This document shows positions 39,671 through 51,323 of a DNA stretch of 64,000 bases, one piece after another; the stretch's first letter is position 1; every line of letters starts with the position of its first letter. The DNA comes from Candidatus Multivorans sp. (GTDB taxonomy: Bacteria; Acidobacteriota; Thermoanaerobaculia; Multivoradales; Multivoraceae), in NCBI GenBank assembly GCA_965224025.1, contig OZ245033.1, positions 4,000,001 through 4,064,000 on the forward strand, read 5' to 3'. The notes beneath the pieces were generated by a model. The model saw only the letters and a program-made list of their open reading frames with translations, ran no database searches and had not been told where the DNA came from. Both the position numbers and the translations under genes were made by a program.

Positions 39671-39750
39671 GGATGCGGGCAGGATGCCCGCGTTCCCAGG
39701 CTCGGAAAGCCGGTTCGACAGTCCGTTCCCGGGCTCGGAGAACCGGTTCG
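39671..39750. repeat. REP-like palindrome followed by an imperfect ~33-bp tandem duplication
   Basis: GGATGCGGGCAGGATGCCCGCGTTCCCAGG at 39671-39700; CGTTCCC(A/G)GGCTCGGA...CCGGTTCG occurs twice. Confidence 0.7.
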
Positions 39751-39773
39751 GCGCCGATCAACGTCGCGGACGC

Positions 39774-39829
39774 TTGACACATGCTCCGCGGCGCTACTAC
39801 CATTAGCACTCACACGGGGCGACTGCTGA
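39774..39829 (+). promoter_or_regulatory. Sigma70-type promoter and CIRCE (HrcA operator) of groESL
   Basis: TTGACA at 39774, TACCAT at 39798; TTAGCACTC-N9-GACTGCTGA at 39803-39829. Confidence 0.85.
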
Positions 39830-39930
39830 CAGCGACCGCCGGAAACGCCGGTTTCCGCAGCCTCGCACAGCGACTTGCCCAACCGCAACGAACGCATCCC
39901 ACCGACACCAATCCAAGGAGGAGTTTGCTG

Positions 39931-40218
39931 GTGAGTGTACGTCCGCTTCATGACCGGGTTCTCGTCAAGAGGCTCGAGGAGGAGGAGCAGGTCCGGGGAG
40001 GCATCATCATCCCTGACGCTGCGAAGGAGAAGCCGCAGGAGGCCGAGGTCGTCGCCGTCGGTCCCGGCAAGATGCAGGAGAACGGCGAGCGTTCCGCGCT
40101 CGACGTCAGCGTCGGCGACCGCGTACTGATCGGAAAGTACTCGGGCAGCGACATCAAGATCGACGACGAAGACATGGTCATCCTCCGCGAGGACGAGATC
40201 CTCGCGGTCGTGGAATAG
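39931..40218 (+). CDS. groES: Co-chaperonin GroES
   Basis: [12 protein letters not shown]...GGIIIPD..KEKPQ; AGGAGG RBS. Confidence 0.97.
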   Translation: MSVRPLHDRVLVKRLEEEEQVRGGIIIPDAAKEKPQEAEVVAVGPGKMQENGERSALDVSVGDRVLIGKYSGSDIKIDDEDMVILREDEILAVVE

Positions 40219-41886
<1,668 letters not shown>

Positions 41887-41927
41887 GCGAAGACGACCTC
41901 CAGGTCGACAGCCTGCGGAACGAATCG

Positions 41928-41954
41928 GGGCGGCCTTTCGGGGCCGCCCTTCTT
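41928..41954 (+). terminator. Intrinsic terminator of groESL
   Basis: GGGCGGCC-TTTCGG-GGCCGCCC followed by TTCTT. Confidence 0.8.
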
Positions 41955-42779
41955 CGTCCGGGAACTCGCGCCGCGATCGAGCGCTACGGCTTCGCGTTTC
42001 GCGGAGTGGCCGGCGCTGCGTCAATCTTCCGCAGAGCACTCTTCTATGTTGAAGAAAACAGCCCAAGCGAGAACCGAGCGCCCATCGTCGAAGTGCGCGG
42101 GCGCTGAGTATTTGAACGTATTTCCGTGCTCGTCGTCGTGCGCGAGCTCGTCGGTGTAGTCCAGTTCCACCTCGGCCAGTCCGACCGAAGCCAACGAGAC
42201 CAGTTCGCCTGTGTCGGTCCTTCCATCTCTGTCCGCATCCAACCACAGCCTCAAGGACCCGTAGATCTCGTCGCTCGCGTTGAGTCTGCCGTCATCGTTG
42301 CCGCCGTTCAACGGGTCGTCGAACATCCTCAGCGCCTGGAAGCCGTTTGGGGTGCGGCTCGGCTGTTGGGGTGAGACGTGACTGAACAGCTCTCGTCCGT
42401 CGTCAATCAGCCCGTTGCCGTTCCGGTCCAGGACGAGAAACGCATCGTCCTTGCCCGCAGTCCACGGTATCTGCTCGGTCTTGCCGTCACCGTTCAGATC
42501 AAACCCGACTCCGCCCTTGGTGCCGGTCAACTCGTAGTGGCTATCCTCGGTCGAGATGATCAAGGGGTCCTCCAGGCACTCCCAGAAGTCGATGTCGCAA
42601 TTGAGACAGAACGACCTCCTGATCCAGTAGGTCTGAGTACAGTTGAAAGCAATGGGAGGCACGAACAGGTAACCCCACCCATCTGCCCCCTTGTTCGAAA
42701 CGTGTCACCGAACGTAATCAGTTGATTAGCTGGCACGTATGGACAACCTTGCCAAACGGGAGGAAGATAGGGGATTTCT

Positions 42780-44277
42780 GCCTCTTTCGAGTTGCGAGTG
42801 GGTAGGGCGCGGGCGAGTGCAGATGCTGAGGGGGTCTTGGGATAGCGGCCTCCGCCGCCGTAGCCGCCGCCGTCGGGCTGTGGAATCTGCGGAAGACCGG
42901 TAGCGGCGAGGGCGCAAGCTGTCCGGTGGGGAGGGCGTTCGCGGCGATTTCGGGTGGCGGCTGTAGTCGCGGGCGATCGGAATGAGCAAGACTCGTCTCT
43001 CCTGTTCCGACTGAAGGAGGACGAGAGATGCAGAGGGAATTGTTCGCGAGAGCGCTGGGCGTGTCGGCGCCGTGGTTCGTTGACGGCGTGGACTTCTGTG
43101 AGAGGGAGCGTCGGTTGACGATACGGATCGACTTCAGGAAGGGCAGCCGATTCGCCCACGAGGGGGACGGCGGTTCTCATCCGGTGCACGACACGCAGAT
43201 CAAGCGCTATCGGCACCTCAACTTCTTCCAGCACGAGTGCCTGCTCGAGGCGCGAGTGCCCCGTGTGCGACTCCCCGACCAGCGGGTGGCGTTGGTGACT
43301 CCGCCCTGGTCGGGCAGATTGTCCGGCTTCACGCTGCTGTTCGAAGCCTTGATTCTGGCCATGTGCCGAGACATGACCTTCGCTGCGGTGGCCCGGTTGA
43401 CCGGGGTGTCGTGGCATCGGGTGCACGCGATCTGCAAGCGCTACGTCGAGCTGGCGGTCGACCGGGACGACCTCTCCGAACTGCGCCACGTGGCCATTGA
43501 CGAGACTTCCCGCGCCAAGGGGCACGACTACGTGACCGCGGTCGCCGACAGCGAGCGCCGGCGCGTGGTGTTCCTCGCCGAGGGACGCAAGTCCGGCACG
43601 ATCGAGGAGTTCGCCGACGATCTGCAAAGGCGCGGCGGCGATCCCGCCGCGATCAGCCGGGCGTCCATCGACATGTCGGCCGCCTTCCTCAAGGGCGTCG
43701 CCGAGAATCTCCCCAACGCCGAGGTGACCCTCGACAAGTTCCACGTCATGGCCCTGGCCTCGAAGGCGGTGGACGAGACCCGGCGCCTCGAACAGCGCCT
43801 CGATCCGTCGCTGAAGGGCCTGCGCTGGACGCTGCTCAAGAACCGCGACTCCCTGACGCCGGCCCAACGGGCCGACCTCGACCGCTTCGTCAAGAGGGTC
43901 GCCAGCCGACGCACCGCACGCGCCTGGCTCTATCGGGAGCAACTCCGCGAAATTCTCAACCGCAAGCAGATCAACGTCGTGCTGCGAATGCTCCATCAGT
44001 GGTGCACCAACGTGAACCGCTCCAAGGTCGAACCCATGAAGGCCGTCGCCCGCACCATCCGAAAGCACCTGCAAGCGATCGCTGCCTGGGCGCGAACCCG
44101 GCAGACCAACGGCTTCCTCGAAGCCCTCAACGGACTCTTCCAGTCCGCCAAACGCAAGGCCAGAGGCTACAAGCGATTCGACACCATACGCATCGCCTTC
44201 TTCCTCATCGCCGGCAAACTCGACTTCCACACGCTCAACCCGCACACCGCTTGACCCACTCGCAATTCAAAAGAGCC
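42780..44277 (+). mobile_element. ISL3-family IS, copy 2 (full length)
   Basis: 24-bp imperfect TIRs; perfect 8-bp TSD GGATTTCT (42772-42779 and 44278-44285). Confidence 0.95.
43028..44254 (+). CDS. ISL3-family transposase
   Basis: AIDET, SIDMS, LDKFHV, TNGFLEALN...KRKARGY. Confidence 0.95.
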   Translation: MQRELFARALGVSAPWFVDGVDFCERERRLTIRIDFRKGSRFAHEGDGGSHPVHDTQIKRYRHLNFFQHECLLEARVPRVRLPDQRVALVTPPWSGRLSGFTLLFEALILAMCRDMTFAAVARLTGVSWHRVHAICKRYVELAVDRDDLSELRHVAIDETSRAKGHDYVTAVADSERRRVVFLAEGRKSGTIEEFADDLQRRGGDPAAISRASIDMSAAFLKGVAENLPNAEVTLDKFHVMALASKAVDETRRLEQRLDPSLKGLRWTLLKNRDSLTPAQRADLDRFVKRVASRRTARAWLYREQLREILNRKQINVVLRMLHQWCTNVNRSKVEPMKAVARTIRKHLQAIAAWARTRQTNGFLEALNGLFQSAKRKARGYKRFDTIRIAFFLIAGKLDFHTLNPHTA

Positions 44278-44616
44278 GGATTTCTTCTACTAAATCGAGA
44301 CAGTGTCCCCTCGTCGTGTGGTCATGCTGGTGTGTGGTGGTGTAGCAAAGAGGATTGCACTCCACGTTCCATATTCTGGTCGTGCTTCCCGGAGTCGGAC
44401 ATGCCCAAGGCGTCGGGATGTCATGAAGCAGCGCTCCAAATGCACAAATGCCCCACCCAATGCGCCCAACGGTGTCCCCAACGCCGGCCGTAGGCGATCC
44501 GACAGGCTTGGGGTCAACGTCCGTACCGACCTGTGCGCCGACAGGGCCCATGGCCCACGCCGTTGTGGCGACCAGAAGAAGGAAGAACGGCCTGTGTCTT
44601 GGTGTGATCGCGACTC

Positions 44617-45657
44617 TCATTGTTCAAGGAACCGAGACGCGAGGCCGTCAATCTCAGCCCGGAGCGACGCTGGCATGTTGTCCCTCAGCAAATCCAGTTC
44701 CGCTTCGTAGGCCGGTCTTGCATCGTCGATGGCTGATCGCAGCATCTCAGGGCGACTACCGCTGATCGTTCTCAGAAGATCGACGAACTCCGGCGCGCGG
44801 CGCCTTGTCGCCCCGAGGCCCAACTCTTCCAGCTCCGGCGGCGACGCCCTGCGCACGACGACGCTGAGCAGCGACTGCAGCCACTGCTGGGTCAAGATGG
44901 AGTCCTGTTGACGCTGAGAATCCAGGAGGGTGATCGGTCCCGGTCCATCCAGTATGGCCGCGGCAACCGCCTGTTGCTCCCGACCCAGAGAGTTCAGGCT
45001 GTCCTCAAGAAGCTGGTCCAACGCTCCGGCCCGCTCCGCTGAAGCGACTCGGCCCAACAACCTGGACAACGCTGCCGCTCTCGCGTAGCGATCGAGCACG
45101 AAACCGAGAACGTCGCGTACGTCCCGCCCAGCAACAGTTCCGTCGTCGAGCACAACTGCTCCAACCTCTACACCTACGACCGAGTAGTTCCCTCGCGTGT
45201 CGCCGGAAGCGTCCGGTTGCTGCACGACCGGCAGGTCATGTTCAACGAACCGAGTTTCGTTCGGGCGCAGCGGGGAGTACTCGGTGGGCGCGTTCGGCGC
45301 CAGTAGCCCCGTGTACTTGTCCACTGCGAAACTGGAAACGCGGGCGGCCCCCGAATCAGAGCCAGCCACGAGATCAAGAGACCAGGCGGTAATCGTCCTC
45401 TGACTTCCGTTGCGGAGTGTCACCTGAACCTTGTCCTGGGGCGTCACGAAGACATCGTCGACCAAGAGAGCTTCCTCGGCGAGCACAGGCGCCACCGAAA
45501 TCGGGTTCGATGCGTACTGCGCCTCAATGAGAGCAGGCAGGCTCCTTAGTGGGACGGGTACGACGCTGTCTGGGTCTTGGGCGTTGGCCAACAGGGCCAC
45601 CAGCGCCAACGGCGCCAGCAGCCCAAGGCTGACCAGGTTCCGATTCATGTGTGTCAC
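44617..45657 (-). CDS. Secreted hypothetical protein
   Basis: AGGAG RBS; signal peptide 'MNRNLVSLGLL...ANA'; ATGA overlap with the downstream gene. Confidence 0.65.
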   Translation of the reverse strand: MTHMNRNLVSLGLLAPLALVALLANAQDPDSVVPVPLRSLPALIEAQYASNPISVAPVLAEEALLVDDVFVTPQDKVQVTLRNGSQRTITAWSLDLVAGSDSGAARVSSFAVDKYTGLLAPNAPTEYSPLRPNETRFVEHDLPVVQQPDASGDTRGNYSVVGVEVGAVVLDDGTVAGRDVRDVLGFVLDRYARAAALSRLLGRVASAERAGALDQLLEDSLNSLGREQQAVAAAILDGPGPITLLDSQRQQDSILTQQWLQSLLSVVVRRASPPELEELGLGATRRRAPEFVDLLRTISGSRPEMLRSAIDDARPAYEAELDLLRDNMPASLRAEIDGLASRFLEQ

Positions 45658-45681
45658 TTTTTCTCCTATGTGTTGTTCGTC

Positions 45682-45720
45682 ATGCTCCTAGCGTTTCGGA
45701 AATGCTCCTAGCGTTTCGGA
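45682..45720. repeat. Tandem duplication of ATGCTCCTAGCGTTTCGGA
   Basis: Exact 19-bp repeat with a 20-bp period. Confidence 0.85.
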
Positions 45721-45753
45721 CAGGAATCATGCTAGCAGCCTTCAGCTCCTACG

Positions 45754-45821
45754 GACACGTCCGGGCGAAACGAGAATCGGACAGGAGGCGACTCGAATCG
45801 GACATCAGCGAACCGGAACCC
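45754..45821 (-). promoter_or_regulatory. Conserved 68-bp upstream element, copy A (candidate AraC-type operator/promoter)
   Basis: 55/68 ungapped identity to 48602-48669; GAATCGGAC repeated at 45774 and 45795 (21-bp spacing). Confidence 0.55.
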
Positions 45822-45930
45822 CACGCAGACTCTTGCGATCCCCGCCAGCCTCAGACGCGCTCCCGTTACCTGACTCTGGTAACGTCAACGGTTCCGCTTA
45901 GCGTACGTCGAGAGAAGAAGACGCTGTCCC

Positions 45931-47004
45931 ATGTCATCTGCACCGTCCGACCAACCCGTCTGGCTCTGGTGGAGCGGCGGCAAGGACTCGGCGTGGGTGC
46001 TCCACACGCTACGGAACGACCCGAAGTGGGAGGTGCGTGGGCTCGTCGCACTCGTCAATCGGAAGAACGGCCGGGTGACCATGCACGGAGTCCGTCGCCG
46101 CTTGATCGAGCGTCAGGCAGCCGCGGTCGGCCTGCCGCTCAAGCTGATCCAGTTCGACTGGACAGCCTCCGCGAACGACCACGACACGGCCATAGGGGCG
46201 GGCCTCCTCCGTTTGTGTCAGGACGATAACGCCGAGTTCGTCGCGTTCAGCGAGCTTGGCTCACCCCGGGCCGTGGAACGCCGGTCGGCGCTTCTCGGCA
46301 GCATCGGACTCCACCCTGTGTTCCCGTTGTGGGGCCGTGACCCGGCCGACCACGCCGCGGAGATCCTGAGGGCCGGATTGAAGGCCAGGGCGTGTTCCGT
46401 GGAGACGGACCGATTGCCGGCTGACCGCGCGGGCTGCCGCTTCGACGAGGACTTCGTGGCGAGGCTGCCCCGAGGCGTCGACCCGTGCGGCGAGAACGGC
46501 GAGTTTCACACGTTCGTCGAATGGGCTCCCGGATGGCCGTCGCGGGTCCCGACGGTCTCCGGTGGCAGGATCGAGTGCTACGGCTTCGGCTTCGCGGAGA
46601 TTGAGGAGTCCGCTCGGCAACCGAAGGAGGAGGCAGCCCGCCACCCAACTGCCGGCAACGACCCGTTCGACTACTACGCCAGGCTTCGGCGGGTTCGCGA
46701 GCACGTCGATCAGCATCTCAGGGAGCCTCTCGACCTGACCACACTGGCGCCCGTCGCGGCGATGAGTGCCGGGGGGTTCGGGAGGTTCTTTCGCGAAGCC
46801 ACCGGGCAGTCACTCCACGATTGGGTGGTCGGTCGTCGCCTCGAGCGAGCCGTCATCCCCCTCCGCGACCACAACGAACCGATCGGTCGAGTGGCCGAGG
46901 CCGTCGGTTTCGGCTCTGAACGAACGTTCCGCAGGCTGTTCCAGGGGCGATTCGGCTGTACTCCGTCCCGGTTCCGGTCAGAAGTACGGGGTGGACGCGG
47001 CTGA
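45931..47004 (+). CDS. Fusion of a Dph6/MJ0570-like PP-loop ATPase and an AraC-type HTH
   Basis: WSGGKDS, FPLWG, DPCGENGEFHTFV; C-terminal 'RFFREATG...VAEAVGFGSERTFRRLF..RFGCTP..FR'. Confidence 0.85.
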   Translation: MSSAPSDQPVWLWWSGGKDSAWVLHTLRNDPKWEVRGLVALVNRKNGRVTMHGVRRRLIERQAAAVGLPLKLIQFDWTASANDHDTAIGAGLLRLCQDDNAEFVAFSELGSPRAVERRSALLGSIGLHPVFPLWGRDPADHAAEILRAGLKARACSVETDRLPADRAGCRFDEDFVARLPRGVDPCGENGEFHTFVEWAPGWPSRVPTVSGGRIECYGFGFAEIEESARQPKEEAARHPTAGNDPFDYYARLRRVREHVDQHLREPLDLTTLAPVAAMSAGGFGRFFREATGQSLHDWVVGRRLERAVIPLRDHNEPIGRVAEAVGFGSERTFRRLFQGRFGCTPSRFRSEVRGGRG

Positions 47005-47260
47005 TCTCCTCGGCCTGCCACGCCACCGCCCAGCAAGGCCGCAACCACGTCCTCGACCGACAACGCCCTCCGGCTCGCCGCGGATCAGCAAGCAGTGACA
47101 CTCCTTCGCAGCCGGGCCTCTGCGCTTCCCGCATCCAACGCTCTGGTGGTGGGGGCGGAGGTGCCCGACTTGCCAACGCCCTGCGAAAGGTTGACGGGCC
47201 GGGGCGTGCGCAACCAGCCAAGAGCACCGCTCGCCGGTTCCGCGATCTCGTTCTATCGCA

Positions 47261-48348
47261 TCAGGGGCAGAGGATTTCGCCGCGGCAGCACCGGGGCTCG
47301 ACTTCCGCCTGTTGTTCTACCTTCATCGTCGTACCGGTGACCGCCACGACCGCGTAGACGATCAGTCGGTGGTCGTGGCCGCCCTCCACCATCGCCGAAC
47401 TCAATAGCCGCTCGAGCGACGCGGTCGGCACATCCTGTTCGCTCCACAGAACCTCGGCCTCGCGGTCAAGGCCCAGAGAGTCGCGGATGTCCAGCGCGGC
47501 CACGAATCGCCACGTCTCGTCAGTCGGGATCGTGGGACCGTCGAGTCTGTTCGCCGCAGCCGACCGTGACGGCCCGTTCGGTCGATCGAAGCTGACCATC
47601 GGGCGGTGAAGGTTGAGACGTCGATGTCTCGCGACCTTGAGCGCCAACACGCGGTCGGGAGCGAATGCGCGGCGCGGCGTCGCGGTCTCGACGTTCTCGA
47701 GAGCTTCCGCGACTGCCGCGTGGTTGGACGATCCGACCGCCACGTACCGGTTGGTCAATCGATCCCGTTCCGCCACCACGTACTCGTTGACGAAGAAGCT
47801 CGAAATCGGCGTCAGACTGCCGGGTGGATCTCGGCCATGAAGCGAAGCACTAACTCCCGCATGGGGGCCGACCGTTCTTCAAGTTCGGCCTGCCGACGTC
47901 CCTGCTCGTCGTCCACTTGTGCGGCGAACCGGCTCAGCCGTCCGAGGCCATTCGGCGACAGACCGAACCGCCGAATCTCGTCCTCACGTTCGGCCACAAG
48001 GTCGCGACCCGTGGGTCCACGCTGTAACACGAAGTTGCGCCACAGTACGTGCCAGACCGGCACCAACTCGGGATTGGTCGTGCTGTTGACGAACTTGTCG
48101 GGTAAGAAACCGGGGCCGCAGTCGGGAGCCCGTCCGGCCGCTACCGCGACCCGGTAGGTTTCGCTGACAGCTTCCCGTTGGTGTCCGGCCCGCAGCTCTT
48201 CCGACGTGATGCGGTCCAGGACCGGCCACCACAGCGGCGAATCCGCGGGAGTGGTGGGGTCGGTGTATTGGCTGGCCGCTAGAGCGGGCCAGAAAGCGAT
48301 CATCGAGGCCGCGGCCCATCTGATCACGCCTACTCGCTGTCGACTCAT
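47261..48348 (-). pseudogene. Secreted hypothetical protein, probably one gene frameshifted near 47820
   Basis: GGAGG RBS before ATG at 48348; signal peptide; the second frame is open across the first frame's stop. Confidence 0.5.
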
Positions 48349-48601
48349 TCGTCGTCCTCCCTGTTGGTTGGTGTCCACAAGAACGGGGCAACTCCAGTGT
48401 GGCCAAGTTTCGGTTCATGTGTGTCCCGCGCGACTCGCCTTCCACGTCGCATTCCGTGGAATACGTCGAGCTGCGGCGCCGGGAGCATCAATCCCGCCCG
48501 GCGGCTCGCCGCACCCTCTACGGCTTTCCTTGCTGCGTCTCGTTCATGAATGCTCCGGCGCCTCCGACTGCAGCCACGTTAGCGCGCCTTCCGGGCCCAT
48601 A

Positions 48602-48669
48602 GACATGCTCGGGCGGAACAAGAAACGGGAAAGAGGCGACTCGAACCGGCCAACAGAGAACCGGAACCC
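48602..48669 (-). promoter_or_regulatory. Conserved 68-bp upstream element, copy B
   Basis: Ungapped homolog of 45754-45821, upstream of a second 'MNRNL' start at 48418. Confidence 0.55.
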
Positions 48670-48686
48670 TCCCGGTAGCCTGAGTG

Positions 48687-48930
48687 TGTTGGCAACGCTC
48701 GGAAAGTGAGCCACCCAACGTTGGAAAGTGAGCCACCTCGGCCGTGTTGAGTGTACGCAAGTCTTCTCTCGTCGGTCTCCTTGAGTCAGTAACAGTAGCG
48801 GCTGCGGTACCTGTGGGAAACCGGTCTGCCGGTTTTTCAAGGCGGTGCGGGAAACGGTCTGCCGTTTTCCGCGGCGCCGGCAGCTTCCGCAGCCGGCCGC
48901 CGTTGCGGTCGTCTCGGGGGCAGCGGCGCG
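48687..48930. mobile_element. IS21-family terminal remnant
   Basis: Starts TGT; internal direct repeats GGAAAGTGAGCCACC at 48701 and 48723; no istA/istB seen. Confidence 0.65.
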
Positions 48931-48939
48931 GCGGCCGCC

Positions 48940-49222
48940 GCACAGCAACGCCGCGATCACGTCGTCGGCCGGCACGCTCGCCTTCTCACCGCGAAACCCG
49001 GACAGCCGAAGGTAGGTGTCAGCCGCAGCCCGGTGAAAGCCCTCGGGCAGCCCCACCGCGGCCAACGTGTCGGCGATCTCTTCCATCTCGCCGGCGAAGC
49101 GCCATGCCTTCGGGGCCGTCGCGGACGACCTCACACTTCGCTTCTCCAATCCCGGCTGAGACCGCGCCCACTCCCCAAGCAGGCCGTCCTCGACGCCGTA
49201 GGCGCGCGCCGCGGCGCGAAGC
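48940..49222 (-). pseudogene. C-terminal fragment of a DUF1932-type NAD(P)-dependent oxidoreductase
   Basis: PKAWRFAGEMEEIADT...GFHRAAA. Confidence 0.7.
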
Positions 49223-49394
49223 GAGTGGGTCGGATGAAGTCCAAGAACAGGTTGATCGTCGTTGTCTTTCCCGCTCCGTTCGGTCCCAGGAGGCCGAAGA
49301 TCTCTCCTTCGGCGATCTGGAAGTCGACACCGGTGACCGCCTTCGTTCCGTCGCCGAACACCTTCTTCAAGCCCCTTGCCTCGATCATTGGCAT
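49223..49394 (-). pseudogene. ABC transporter ATPase, N-terminal fragment
   Basis: Walker A GLLGPNGAGKTT, then an abrupt junction to the DUF1932 fragment. Confidence 0.8.
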
Positions 49395-50330
49395 GCGCCC
49401 TCTCGTGTTCCCGCCGCGGTTCGCTTACCCAAACGCCGGCTTAGGTGAACGCCGGCCCAGACCACGCCCGCAAACACCGCGAGCGCCGCGAACGCCAACG
49501 CCGCCATCAGCCACGGCCGCCCGGCCGCGATCACATGCAGGCGCAGTGTTTTCGGTTCACTCTCCACCAGGCGGTCGCCGGCCAGGGTTCAGACCTTGAT
49601 CGACCCTTCGTAGTCGCCGAGGATCTGATCTGCGGAAGCGGTGAGGGCGACCGCAGCGATCTCGCGGCCGCCGGGTTGAAGCGAGTCGAACAGCGCACGG
49701 TCCAGCTCGGCTCGCCAGCCGAACGGCACGTCGACAGTGAGTTCCACCTGCTCGAGCGTCAGGCTGCCAGCGTTGACCACCTCGACCTCGAAGCTCACCG
49801 ACTCGCCTCGCACCACCTCATGGTAGAGGTTCGGGACATCCAGCCTCAGCTCCGCCACGCCCCGCGGGATCACCTGTAGGTCTATCCCGCCAGCGGCTGC
49901 CGACGCGACCCCCGTCGCCACCTCGTCGGCGTCCGCGGTCAGGAACATCGCGAACGGGATCATCAGGTCCGGCTGCACCAGGGCCATCGGCCGGTTCGGC
50001 ATCGTCAGCTTGAGGGCCAGCCTGCTCTCCATCACTCCCTCGGGGAAGAACACGCGGCTGAACGTTGCCCCCGAATCCGGATCGGAGACCTGCGCGGAGA
50101 CCTCCGGCGGCAGCCCGTCCAGCCGAAAGCCGTACGCCGCGCTATTGCCAGCAAAGCACTCCACCTGGAGTTCGTAGACCGCTTCGTCGCCCAGTTCGGC
50201 GTCGAGAGCGACGTAGTTCGAGCGCACGACGAGAGATTCGTCCGTGCCTGCGCGCTTCCCCAACAGAACCTGACGGCGGTCCACGTTGCCGTTATAGCGG
50301 AGTTCCACGAGCAACTCCTGAACGTCCGGC
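49385..50330 (-). pseudogene. NEW3/Ig-like domain membrane-anchored protein, 5'-truncated with a premature stop
   Basis: 'VVNAGSLTLEQVELTVDVPFGW...LQPG...GDYE'; in-frame TGA at 49589-49591 precedes the C-terminal TM. Confidence 0.65.
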
Positions 50331-51305
50331 AGGAGCGCTGCGAGCCATCGGTAGTGCCGGCACTCTCGCGACAACGCGTTCCGTCGCTCCAACCGCCGAC
50401 CGCGGTCGTCTTCCAGATCTTCCCGGGCGGGGACGATTTCCTGGACTGGGTCGACCGCGAACCCGCACCGGAACCGACGGCGCCATCCGGGCCGCGGCCC
50501 AACCCGCCGCCTGCGGATACAACGCCGCCGACAGAACCCACACGAGCACGCCCAGAACGAGCGACGTCGAGGGATGCCGACAGACCACCGACGAGGCAAG
50601 AGCCAGCGCGATCCAGAAGCAGCCGTAGAGCGCAACGAGCAGAAAGAAGAGCCCCGCTCTCACCCCTTCCGAAGCGTCGAGAGTCGGGCCCCCGACCATC
50701 GTCCACAGCAGGAAGCCGAGCAGTAGCAAGGAGCATGGCAGCACGACCATCAACACGCCGCCAAGAAACTCGCCGAACAGCAGGCTCGGCCGAGACACGC
50801 CCTTCGCGAGCTGCTGCTTCAGCGTTCCCGCCTCGCGCTCCCCGTTGATCACTCCGTGCGCAAAGAAGATATTCGTGAACCCGACGGTCAGCGCCAGAAC
50901 CCACGACAGATCGACGTTGAGTCGTCGGGCGGCCTCCACCACGGGCCGGTCCCGGCGCGAGACCCTGGTCTGGCCGAATCGCCCCGGAAACGCGGCGCTC
51001 GAGCCCAACCGCTCGCCGACGCCGCGGCTCAGCAAGCTGAGCGGAGTCGGCCGCCGTTCCAGGCTCCCCTCGAACTGAGCGTACACCTGGGCCTGCTCCA
51101 TCTCCCTGTCGTGAGCGACACGGCTCGCGTCGAACAAGCGCACCCGCTCTTGGTAGTCGAACCAAGACACCCAGACGGTGGACGCCGCAAGTACGGCGCC
51201 CACTGCCCAGGCCGACAAGAACCATCCGTTCCGGAGGCTCAGCCGACAGCGTTTTACCGCGATCCGCCACATGCAGGAACGCAGCCCGATCTGCCAACGG
51301 CTCAA
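50292..51305 (-). pseudogene. ABC-2-type transporter permease, degenerate C-terminus
   Basis: RRPTPLSLLSRG, INGEREAGTLK, TM helices; sequence degenerates after ~50480. Confidence 0.7.
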
Positions 51306-51323
51306 CTGGAGATCAGCAACCCA

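Larger units (their letters stand above)
42021..44620 (-). pseudogene. Secreted Cys-rich protein with a Ca-binding 'PLII..FDLNGDG..LDRNGNG.IDDG.ELF' domain; split by ISL3 and frameshifted
   Basis: Removing ISL3 and one TSD joins 'CLDLVEEI|PYLPPVW' in frame; a further frameshift between 42704 and 42560 is needed to reach the C-terminal domain. Confidence 0.7.

Noticed and set aside
48701-48737. GGAAAGTGAGCCACC direct repeats as a mini-CRISPR
   Set aside because: Only two 15-bp units with a 7-bp gap and no cas genes; they fit IS21 terminal repeats.
49385-49591. TGA at 49589 (and TAG at 53536) as recoded Sec/Pyl codons
   Set aside because: The positions are not catalytic Cys/Lys sites and neighbouring genes are pseudogenised; nonsense mutation is more likely.
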